Part shown: in pieces, positions 1-8,090 of the stretch
Numbering within the stretch: the stretch's first letter is position 1
How the letters are laid out: each line of letters opens with the position of its first letter
DNA from: Gammaproteobacteria bacterium
GTDB taxonomy: Bacteria; Pseudomonadota; Gammaproteobacteria; GCA-001735895
NCBI GenBank assembly: GCA_050298595.1
Contig: JBNKUM010000085.1
Span: 64,001 to 128,000 of the forward strand
DNA length: 64,000 nt
Reading direction: 5' to 3'
The notes under the pieces: generated by a model
The model's input: the letters and a program-made list of their open reading frames with translations, nothing else
Told to the model about the DNA's origin: nothing
The model's database searches: none
Translations under genes and position numbers: made by a program

Positions 1-1
1 T

Positions 2-346
2 TATGTCACTCGCAAGGGTGCCATCAGCGCAGGTCTGGATGAGCTCGGTATTATCCCTGGCAGCATGGGTGCCAAATCCTACATTGTGCGCGGCAAAGGT
101 AATCCGCAATCATTCTGTTCCTGTGCGCATGGAGCAGGTAGAAAAATGAGCCGCAGTGCGGCCAAACGTCAGTTCAGCGAACAGGATGTAGAGAAACAGA
201 CTGCAGGGATTGAGTGCCGTAAGGATAAGGGTGTGATAGATGAAATTCCATCCGCTTATAAGGATATTGATCAGGTGATGCAGAATCAATCTGATCTTAT
301 TGAAGTAGTACATACCCTGAAACAGGTAATCTGCGTTAAGGGTTAG
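2..346 (+). CDS. rtcB: RNA ligase RtcB, C-terminal part (5' end outside window)
   Basis: Open frame from base 2: YVTRKGAISA..GIIPGSMGAKSYIVRGKGN..SCAHGAGRKMSR..DEIPSAYKDID..KQVICVKG, the RtcB C-terminal motifs. Confidence 0.93.
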   Translation, partial: YVTRKGAISAGLDELGIIPGSMGAKSYIVRGKGNPQSFCSCAHGAGRKMSRSAAKRQFSEQDVEKQTAGIECRKDKGVIDEIPSAYKDIDQVMQNQSDLIEVVHTLKQVICVKG

Positions 347-508
347 GGAACCTCTGATTAATTCTGGTTCGATGGTGTGGTGAGATGAAATAGTTCGGAT
401 CAAGGCGAAAAGTGCACGTAATAGCAAGCTATTGCGAAACTTTTCAACGCTGAGCCGGATTATTTCAGCCACGACACACCGATCCACGAATTGATCAGAG
501 GTTACTTA
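344..508. mobile_element. ~165-bp MITE-like palindromic element
   Basis: Terminal inverted repeats TAGGGAACCTCTGATTAATTC / GAATTGATCAGAGGTTACTTA; whole element folds as an imperfect hairpin with central AATAGCAAGCTATT. Confidence 0.75.
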
Positions 509-601
509 GTTAATTACAACTGGAGAAAAGCATGTTCAATAAACAGCCAAATGAAAAGAGATATCGATTAATGAAGCACCGATTTATCAAGAGAAAAGAT
601 T

Positions 602-1540
602 ATGAAGAAAGAGATTTTAGATGAGGTAATTGCCTGCTTACCAGAAGAGCGAACCTTGTTTCACTACTTTAAAGGGCAATATGCCTATCAACTGCTGTCT
701 TATGCCAGTAGAAAACAATCCAGTGTAAAAGCAATGAAGCAATCCGTTTATCAAAGGCTACTGAACCAGCAGGACATAAAGCTGTTATTAGCACAGTTGG
801 GTAATGGAACACTTAATCCTGAATTATTTCAACATGTGTGGAATGATAACAGCCAGCCATTTGTACTGACTGTAGATCGCTGGGGTAACAACAACCAGTG
901 GAATTGCCAGACTACTCGTAAAGGCTGCAATCTGGTACTGCAATTGAATTTTTCAGAAATGCATAACCGTACTTATCAGCGCCTGGTTAAACCAGAAGAT
1001 GATTATATTTTTAACTATTCAGGTCATCCCGTGATGGATCGTAATAAGAGTGAGCGCTATCGAGATACGCTAGCCTGGTCACGTATAGACCTTGATCTGG
1101 ATAGCGGTGAAGCATTGATAGAAGAAATTCAAAGCGACTGGGTTCGGCGTGTAAAGCGCTGTTTACAGGCAATAAAAAAGGGTTCTACTCCCTGGTTTCT
1201 GGACTGGTGCAAATGCAGTAGCGATGATTTTATTATGTATGCTGAAAATGTGCTGGCTCCTTTTTATACCCTATGGGCTGAAGCTATGCTGTCATCCAGT
1301 ATCCATTTTATATTCAGAGAGCTGGGTATAGATAAAATTTATTATCACACCCACGAAACCGGACAAAAGATAAAGCAGGTCTATGGAGGTGCCCCACCAC
1401 GCTCTCTGTATTCCGATTTACCCAGAAAATTCTGTTTTCAAATTACTGATGAAGAGCCTGAGTTTATGAAAAATGACCGGAGCTTCAAACGTAAAAAGCG
1501 CAGCCTTAAACAGCTTGCATGGTACAAACTGGAACTTTAG
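602..1540 (+). CDS. Hypothetical protein, 312 aa (EEIQSDW motif; possibly GNAT-like C-terminal fold)
   Basis: Long ORF co-oriented with rtcB; no family recognised with certainty. Confidence 0.75.
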   Translation: MKKEILDEVIACLPEERTLFHYFKGQYAYQLLSYASRKQSSVKAMKQSVYQRLLNQQDIKLLLAQLGNGTLNPELFQHVWNDNSQPFVLTVDRWGNNNQWNCQTTRKGCNLVLQLNFSEMHNRTYQRLVKPEDDYIFNYSGHPVMDRNKSERYRDTLAWSRIDLDLDSGEALIEEIQSDWVRRVKRCLQAIKKGSTPWFLDWCKCSSDDFIMYAENVLAPFYTLWAEAMLSSSIHFIFRELGIDKIYYHTHETGQKIKQVYGGAPPRSLYSDLPRKFCFQITDEEPEFMKNDRSFKRKKRSLKQLAWYKLEL

Positions 1541-1549
1541 GAGAAAAAT

Positions 1550-1768
1550 ATGCCAAGACGAAATCGAGCTATTAGAAACCCTGTTGCTCGCTCCCCACTA
1601 CTCAGAAAAGGTGGAGTTCATAGCCAGACAACAACTGGACAACGGGTTCGCAACCGACTTCAAACTCAATCAGCTATCAATGAATGGCTGGAGGAGATTG
1701 AAGACGAAGCAATAACTCAAACTAAGGTTAAGGGGAGCAATAGCTCCCCTTATTGCTTTCAGCTGTAA
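1550..1768 (+). CDS. Small basic protein, 72 aa (NPVARSPLLRKGGVH motif)
   Basis: RBS AGGAGA just upstream; Arg-rich N-terminus. Confidence 0.7.
   Translation: MPRRNRAIRNPVARSPLLRKGGVHSQTTTGQRVRNRLQTQSAINEWLEEIEDEAITQTKVKGSNSSPYCFQL
1729..1759 (+). terminator. Terminator-like hairpin inside the 3' end of the 72-aa ORF
   Basis: TAAGGGGAGC-AATA-GCTCCCCTTA perfect 10-bp stem followed by TTGCTTT. Confidence 0.55.
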
Positions 1769-1789
1769 AAAGGAGGAACCTAAGCGTAA

Positions 1790-2353
1790 ATGAAGATTCT
1801 AAAGATCATGAACCTACTTAAACTCATATTAATATCAGCAATGATAACAACCACAGTATCGTCCTGCAGCTCAAATATTCCTCTGGATATTTCTCAGGAA
1901 GTACAGGGAGCCCCCAGTTTTACACAGATTCAGAAACAACCTGAGGCCTACCAGGACCAACCACTACGCTGGGGTGGCACGATCCTGAAAACTGACAATA
2001 AACAAGGCTCCAGCTGGATAACCATTGTCGCCTTTCCATTAAACAATAATGGACGACCTATGGAGTCAGATCAGAGCCCAGGACGCTTTATCGCTGTCAT
2101 CGATGAATTTCTCGAGCCCTTAGTCTTCACTCGAGATCGTGAAATTACCGTTCGCGGTAGACTGATCAAAACTGAAACTATCAAGGTTGGCGATTTTCCA
2201 TATCAATACCCTTTACTACAGGTAGACAGTTATCACCTGTGGGCTCCGAAGCCCGAAATAAACGAAATGAATTCGCCCCATTTCTGGCCATATTCCTGGC
2301 CTTATTATCCCTACTACCCCGACCCTTACTTTAATCGTCGACTCTATTACTAA
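1790..2353 (+). CDS. Slp-family outer-membrane lipoprotein
   Basis: Lipobox-like VSSC; RWGGTI..PL..GRP..GRF..FLEP..ITVRG..GDFPYQYP; Pro/Tyr-rich tail. Confidence 0.85.
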   Translation: MKILKIMNLLKLILISAMITTTVSSCSSNIPLDISQEVQGAPSFTQIQKQPEAYQDQPLRWGGTILKTDNKQGSSWITIVAFPLNNNGRPMESDQSPGRFIAVIDEFLEPLVFTRDREITVRGRLIKTETIKVGDFPYQYPLLQVDSYHLWAPKPEINEMNSPHFWPYSWPYYPYYPDPYFNRRLYY

Positions 2354-2853
2354 TGAACGAAATGAAAAAACCGATACGCAAAAGTATTTTTCTTCTGCCC
2401 CTGATCAGCCTGCTTGCGGGCTGTGCCAGTACACCTACATTTGATGTCACTCAGGTAGACAATACACTTATACCGCAGAATGTTGCCGCCGAACCCTCTG
2501 CCTATCTGGGTAAAACGGTTCTATGGGGCGGCATTATCCTGGACACCAGGAATTTATCCGGTTCTACACAGATAGAATTACTAGCCTATCCGCTAAGCAA
2601 GGATCAGAGGCCCCTGTCGGACAATAGACCATTAGGGCGCTTCCTGATTAATAAAGATGGGTTTCTGGACCCTGCGATTTATTCCCAGGGCCAGAAAGTC
2701 ACCGTACTCGGCAGCGTCGATAAAAACCAACAGGGAAAGGTTGGCGAAAGTAATTACAGCTATCCAGTCATTAATGCCGAGCAACTCCAGCTCTGGTCAC
2801 CACAGAGCGAAAGCCAAACTCGATTTAGTTTTGGGCTCGGGGTTGTCTTTTAA
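2353..2853 (+). CDS. Slp-family outer-membrane lipoprotein (second paralog)
   Basis: Lipobox LAGC; VLWGGII..YPL..RP..GRF..GFLDPAIY..VTVLG..GESNYSYPV. Confidence 0.85.
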   Translation: MNEMKKPIRKSIFLLPLISLLAGCASTPTFDVTQVDNTLIPQNVAAEPSAYLGKTVLWGGIILDTRNLSGSTQIELLAYPLSKDQRPLSDNRPLGRFLINKDGFLDPAIYSQGQKVTVLGSVDKNQQGKVGESNYSYPVINAEQLQLWSPQSESQTRFSFGLGVVF

Positions 2854-3151
2854 GGCAGCTCTGAAACCAGCCTCTGGTTGAAAAATTTAACCGGCAAAAT
2901 AGTGAAGTGAAAATCCCCGCCTAACCTATGTAGTTACACCGCCATTTGCGGATTGCCATTTTTTACAATCTGTAATTTTTTTGAATAATATTTTAATGTG
3001 CCATAGTAAAAAAGACCCGGCAAGGTTCACTGTTTTTTTACTTACAGTTCCGGCCAGGTCCTTTAGAGAGGAACCCCTCTCTTCACTTATTATATAGCTC
3101 AGATTTTTTTAATCTGCAAACTTAATTCACAATTATTGTAAAAGTAATAAT

Positions 3152-4576
3152 TTAGTCTGCAGTATTACTTTCATCGCTTAGCAACCAAGTCAAAATCATC
3201 TCCTTTATTTTAAGGTACTCGTCATCATCAGGGGTAACATTTTGCCATTGAGGATTCTGCCGCAGGGTCTTTAAAACATCACTCCATTTTTTTGGAAGCG
3301 TACGACCAGTTTCATTGAAAAGCTTTAGCCTGCTTTGCGCCGCATGTCCTCGATGTGTCAGGGTTGTTAATAACCTGCGCTGTCTGAGATAAAGCAGACT
3401 GACTGTTTCATCATCAACACATAGCCATTGGTGACCACGCCAGGCTGCCATCAATTCCTTTTGATATCGTTGAACTGACGCCCATCCTCCACCTATTGCT
3501 GCACCTAGCAGGCTCGCTGCCCCCAGGCTTAAGCCTCCTACCATTAAATCAATGCCTGCACCGACAGCAGCACCGGATAGTGCAGAGGCTCCTACATCCA
3601 GTCCAAATTCTTTTAACATATGCGGTGAAAATATATCCAGCTCCCAACGACCATTGCTCACTGGCAACTGCTGCAGATCGAGGTCCAGTTGAGTAAAAGC
3701 AAAGATTGCCAATAGATCCTTCAAAGCCCTTTGTTCGGCATTACGCACGAAATCCTGCATTGAATTCACGTCGCTATCAGAAATACTTTTACTGGTTTTC
3801 GTTTTATCAGATTTACTACCAGTGACCTCAAGCCGATAACAGGCTACTTCGCAGAGAAGTTGAAAGATACGACGTGCGGCAGCCTGCTTCAGGTTTTGCC
3901 ATACCTGTTGGCGGTAGTCGATTAAATGCTGCAGGGAATCGTAGTAACGCTCCAGCAGGCTTTGCAGTTTTTGGTACAGCCGTTTTTCAGCCTCAAAATC
4001 AAAAGCAACCGTATCAAACTCAAGTGCCGCATGCAGATTAAACAAAGCCATCTGTTCACGCCAGCGCTTCAGCGCTTCATCATTTCCTTCGATAAAATTA
4101 AACACCGGAAGAATCGGTTTACCTGCCTTACTGAGGACTTCTACTTCATCGCGATACTTACCCAGCAACGGTTCGCGTACATCAATAATATATAGCAACA
4201 CATCACTACTTAGTGACTGTCGCAGCACCTTGATCTCCTGATCAAAATCAGCATAACGGTCTTGCCGAGAGATGAAAGCCTTCAGGAGTTCAGCGGGTGA
4301 AGCAGTTTCTATTGATGCTGATAACGCTTCCACTTCCTCCAGTAGTGCGCTGGAATCTTCAAAGCCCGGTGTATCGAACAGGCTTAATACAATCTCATCA
4401 TCTGCATAAATAGACGACTGTTCTACAGAGCGCGTGGTACCCGCAGCATCATCGACATTGCCGAAATGATCGTCGCGTAACAAGGTTCGGATCAATGATG
4501 TTTTACCGGCATTGGTATGACCGACAATGCCAACTTTGATTGCTACTGAAGGATTAGCCTGCATGGAATTGGTCAT
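3152..4576 (-). CDS. GTPase / DUF3482-domain protein
   Basis: G1 GHTNAGKT, G2 GTTR, G3 DTPG, variant G4 FNF; Gly-rich hydrophobic hairpin GAAVGAGIDLMVGGLSLG; LTHRGHAA. Confidence 0.85.
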   Translation of the reverse strand: MTNSMQANPSVAIKVGIVGHTNAGKTSLIRTLLRDDHFGNVDDAAGTTRSVEQSSIYADDEIVLSLFDTPGFEDSSALLEEVEALSASIETASPAELLKAFISRQDRYADFDQEIKVLRQSLSSDVLLYIIDVREPLLGKYRDEVEVLSKAGKPILPVFNFIEGNDEALKRWREQMALFNLHAALEFDTVAFDFEAEKRLYQKLQSLLERYYDSLQHLIDYRQQVWQNLKQAAARRIFQLLCEVACYRLEVTGSKSDKTKTSKSISDSDVNSMQDFVRNAEQRALKDLLAIFAFTQLDLDLQQLPVSNGRWELDIFSPHMLKEFGLDVGASALSGAAVGAGIDLMVGGLSLGAASLLGAAIGGGWASVQRYQKELMAAWRGHQWLCVDDETVSLLYLRQRRLLTTLTHRGHAAQSRLKLFNETGRTLPKKWSDVLKTLRQNPQWQNVTPDDDEYLKIKEMILTWLLSDESNTAD

Positions 4577-5988
4577 TTTGAATCTACGGTCATGCTGATG
4601 ACATGATCAGCCGGAATATCGCAGGCTTCTGCCAGGCGATACCAGGCGGCTAGCCGTTTAGTAGAAGCTTTTTCTTCATTGGGTAACTGTAGAAGCACCA
4701 GCCAGCGCTGCAAGCAATTATTCATCAGGCTAGCAATGGTTCGTTGTACACCACGATCTGGTGAACGCTCAGCATCTGCAGCCACCGCAAGATCTGTAGT
4801 CCCAGCAACCTGTAAAAGCCGCAAGGTTGTTGCCAGTGACTCACGATCAATGACCTGCCCAACACTATCTTCTAACTTGATAGATGATATTGGCCAAATG
4901 AAATTATCGCCGAGCTCCACTGCGACCCATTTTGTATTTGCTGGAAGTGAATGGGATACTGGTGCATGAGGGTTTGTCTGTATAGACTCAGGAGGCGAAG
5001 TATCTGCATCAACGATTTGACCGTGAGTTGCCATCGGCATCAATCTCTGACGCAGGCTAATGTAATAAGGCAGGTATAAATCAAGTGCAAACAGGCGACG
5101 CGCTCGCATACTCATCAACGAACTCCAGAGTAGTAACACAAAACGCGGTACGATTCCGAAGCACAGCAAAGATCCCAGTAAAAACTGCGCCCAACTGGAA
5201 CGGTGTTCAGCACTCAACACATGCTCTACGCCTAATCGAGACTCCCTTACCTGATCCACGGTTGGCATCACAAAACCAATAAATTCCAGTGGCCGACTCA
5301 ACATATCCGTTAGTTTGATGAAAATAGAGTCAGATAACAAAGTCGTACCCCAGACAAAATCATACTGCCTGACCATTAATAGCAATACCAGAAACGTCAG
5401 CCCGGACAACAGGTAAACCAGCCACAACTGATGCGTTATCTTGCTAAACTGCCACTTACCAACCGCAGCGGTAAACAAACACTTCAACCAGGCCTTGTCA
5501 GCCAACTTACCAGGCGTCGCAGTGTCTTGTTTACCCGTATTAGTTTTGTTGTCGAACATACCAGGTAACCAGCCAGTTAAACGAGCTAACAGGCCGGAGG
5601 CCAGGCCCTCCATATTCAGGCTAATGCCAATCAACCAGAGCAACATTGAGATAAAATTAAAACCCAGCAACACCAATAACAACCAGTAGATGTTGATGGT
5701 ATTACTATTAGTGATTGCGTATACGGAACCCAGAGCACCCAATAATGCAACCAGAATTAGAGTAAAGATTTTTATATATCGAGATATTTTAGCGGCATGT
5801 GAAAGCGCATCTGACAAATCATACTGCCTGACCAGGCATTGCGCGCGCCGCCAGAGACGTTCGTGGAAATCCTGATGTGCCGATATGTCGGCAAGTTCCT
5901 CCTCATGATCAGAGACAAGCGGGTGCGAGGTTTCAATATATCGTATCTGTTCGATCAGCAAAGACTTGTCGAAATTAGAAATTGTCAC
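4573..5988 (-). CDS. DUF2868-domain membrane protein
   Basis: TM helices; RQYDFVWGTTLL, W..FLLGSLLCFGIVPR and PDRG motifs; overlaps the GTPase start. Confidence 0.8.
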   Translation of the reverse strand: MTISNFDKSLLIEQIRYIETSHPLVSDHEEELADISAHQDFHERLWRRAQCLVRQYDLSDALSHAAKISRYIKIFTLILVALLGALGSVYAITNSNTINIYWLLLVLLGFNFISMLLWLIGISLNMEGLASGLLARLTGWLPGMFDNKTNTGKQDTATPGKLADKAWLKCLFTAAVGKWQFSKITHQLWLVYLLSGLTFLVLLLMVRQYDFVWGTTLLSDSIFIKLTDMLSRPLEFIGFVMPTVDQVRESRLGVEHVLSAEHRSSWAQFLLGSLLCFGIVPRFVLLLWSSLMSMRARRLFALDLYLPYYISLRQRLMPMATHGQIVDADTSPPESIQTNPHAPVSHSLPANTKWVAVELGDNFIWPISSIKLEDSVGQVIDRESLATTLRLLQVAGTTDLAVAADAERSPDRGVQRTIASLMNNCLQRWLVLLQLPNEEKASTKRLAAWYRLAEACDIPADHVISMTVDSK

Positions 5989-6028
5989 AATAGAATAAAG
6001 AACCCGAAAATATTGAATCCGGTTATTT

Positions 6029-6363
6029 TAAACTAGAATCCGCAGCTGGACGAGTTGTAGTGCATTTGAGGTGGCGTAGATCAAGGCGTGACGACACGAA
6101 ATAGCAAGCTATTCCAGGGGAGTTACAAGGCTTCCGCGTCCTGCTCTCGCCCCTTACCTATGTCCCTATAGGCAAGGCTTCCGCGTCCTGCTCTCGCCCC
6201 TTACCTATGTCCCTATAGGCAACGCAGTGATACACGCCTCAAACGTGCAATTCAGTTCGTAGCGGGATTTACCGATTGGGTGAAAAGATACATCAACTGT
6301 AATGGTTTATAAAACAGCAGGTTACCCTCTTATGCGAGCGGTCAACTGCGGAATCCAGGTTTA
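6029..6363. mobile_element. MITE-like element with nested tandem insertion
   Basis: Imperfect TIRs TAAACTAGAATCCGCAGCTGG / GTCAACTGCGGAATCCAGGTTTA; core TCAAGGCG..AATAGCAAGCTATT..CAACGC shared with the element at 344-508. Confidence 0.65.
6126..6222. repeat. Perfect 47-bp tandem duplication (2 copies plus closing CAA)
   Basis: CAAGGCTTCCGCGTCCTGCTCTCGCCCCTTACCTATGTCCCTATAGG at 6126 and 6173, CAA at 6220. Confidence 0.95.
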
Positions 6364-6412
6364 ACTGGCCCTGGCAGATTTGTAACCCATAACTCCGTTT
6401 AGCTTTATTCCC

Positions 6413-7267
6413 TTACTCGCTGGATCTGTGGTAGTGGTACTTTCTTCCAAAAAACATGTCTTTCAATACCGACAGCGGTCCAGCTTCTGGCAGGTATAGT
6501 TTTTCGCTCAAAGGTAGATGTTTTAGATGTTCATCCAGCCCCTTAGTCCTGGTTTTTAACTGTTCTGCCTGAGATACTAGAACCTTCGTGTTTTCATGTA
6601 CTTCATCCCAACTCCTGGAATGCTGACTGGGAGTTGAAGCATCAGATTCAAGATTGTTTTGTGTATCTTTTGATAAGGCTTCAGCCGTTGAATTTATCTC
6701 CGCCGCCACTGCATTTAACTCATCACTGAACTTCCACATTTCAGCCCTCAGCTCTGTTGAACTAACCAGCATACGTCTGATGGACTCATCTTTTGCATCC
6801 AGATAACAGTTAATGACGAGATCCATATCCAGATAGATAATTTTGCTGATAGCCTGAATGATAGAAACTGCCTCATCAGTTTTATCCGCGTAATGCTTGT
6901 ATATAAGACCAATAAATTCACACAGCATCCTGTTGTAACCCCCTATATACCAGTTAGGGGTCAGACCGATGCGGGCATGAGCACGACCTATTCTGGAGGT
7001 CTTCTCGTAAAACGCATTGTCATACTTACCGATAAAAAGTGACTCTATCCAGTGTTGCTTTTGCGCCGCACGCGCTTTGTCAATTTCTGACTTATCTGCA
7101 AACAGAGGTTGCAGCTCCGGCTCATCCAGGATGTGGGAGTAAAGGTTATTAAGAACCTCATCCATGGCTGGCTCTAAAATATCTTTTGCCTGGCGAATCT
7201 GCTGTATCGTTTTATCATCGATACTCAGAAACCTGAGACGCTCTTCCATTAATTCTTTGTATGACAT
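6413..7267 (-). CDS. Globin-coupled-sensor (protoglobin-domain) protein
   Basis: RLRFLSID..QKQHW..RIGRAHARIGLTPNWYIGGY..LDMDL sensor-globin pattern followed by a coiled coil. Confidence 0.85.
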   Translation of the reverse strand: MSYKELMEERLRFLSIDDKTIQQIRQAKDILEPAMDEVLNNLYSHILDEPELQPLFADKSEIDKARAAQKQHWIESLFIGKYDNAFYEKTSRIGRAHARIGLTPNWYIGGYNRMLCEFIGLIYKHYADKTDEAVSIIQAISKIIYLDMDLVINCYLDAKDESIRRMLVSSTELRAEMWKFSDELNAVAAEINSTAEALSKDTQNNLESDASTPSQHSRSWDEVHENTKVLVSQAEQLKTRTKGLDEHLKHLPLSEKLYLPEAGPLSVLKDMFFGRKYHYHRSSE

Positions 7268-7662
7268 ATGCCCCTCTCTTTATTATTCAATAAATAGAAT
7301 AAGTACAAATCAAATACACTATTACGATTTTCACCCTATCATCTCTATTGAATGACAGCTACACTGTTGCTTGATGAGATCTGAAAGCGCTTGATTTTTT
7401 ATTATTATGTTTCGGTTTTAGCTGCTAATTTTCAAACAAATCATAGATTACCACAATGGAAACAATATATTCATGGACTTAGATTTAAATTTTACATATA
7501 TTTTCACTTTGTACCTTAAAATCATAAATCATATTGAAAATCTTAAGAATTACTTAGCTAGATTATTATAAGTTACCATCTGCTATAGCCTAAAATACTA
7601 TTTTTTCTATGATTTCCACCGCTACATTTGCATCTGCCAATCGAAGTTAAAAGAAGTTTTAA

Positions 7663-8052
7663 ATGAAAACTGTCAGTGACATTATGTCGACCTCAGTCAG
7701 AACGATTCATCGTGACATCTCGGTTTGCGATTTAGAGGAAATCTTTGTTACCTACAAGATCAGCGGAGGCCCTGTTATTGATAACTCAGGGAGTCTGCTG
7801 GGCTTCGTATCAAAGTCAGATGTTACACGTTTTGACTCCACAGGCGAGGACCCGAATTATACAAGTGTGTTTGAAATTGCAAGCCCAATAGTGATCATCA
7901 TTTCACCTGAAGCCACTATTGAAGAGGCGGCTCAAAAGATGCTCGAACAGCAGGTGCATCACCTGATTGTAACAAAGGGCGAGGAACTGGTAGGAATTTT
8001 GTCTTCGCTGGACTTTGTCAAATTTGTTGCATCAAATTTCTGCCATAATTAA
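7663..8052 (+). CDS. CBS-pair protein
   Basis: VSDIMST..ISGGPVID..GFVSKSD; second repeat VHHLIV..LVGILSSLD. Confidence 0.85.
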   Translation: MKTVSDIMSTSVRTIHRDISVCDLEEIFVTYKISGGPVIDNSGSLLGFVSKSDVTRFDSTGEDPNYTSVFEIASPIVIIISPEATIEEAAQKMLEQQVHHLIVTKGEELVGILSSLDFVKFVASNFCHN

Positions 8053-8090
8053 TCCTTCCTGATTGCCCCTAAGTTTCAGGCCTTAATTAA

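Noticed and set aside
110-487. 125-aa minus-strand ORF
   Set aside because: Antisense shadow of rtcB running into the MITE; no protein features
6126-6222. Possible mini CRISPR array
   Set aside because: Units are directly adjacent with no unique spacers, and there are no cas genes in the window
6302-6317. LexA-like ATGGTTTATAAAACAG inside the MITE
   Set aside because: Left half-site lacks the invariant CTG; no SOS gene adjacent
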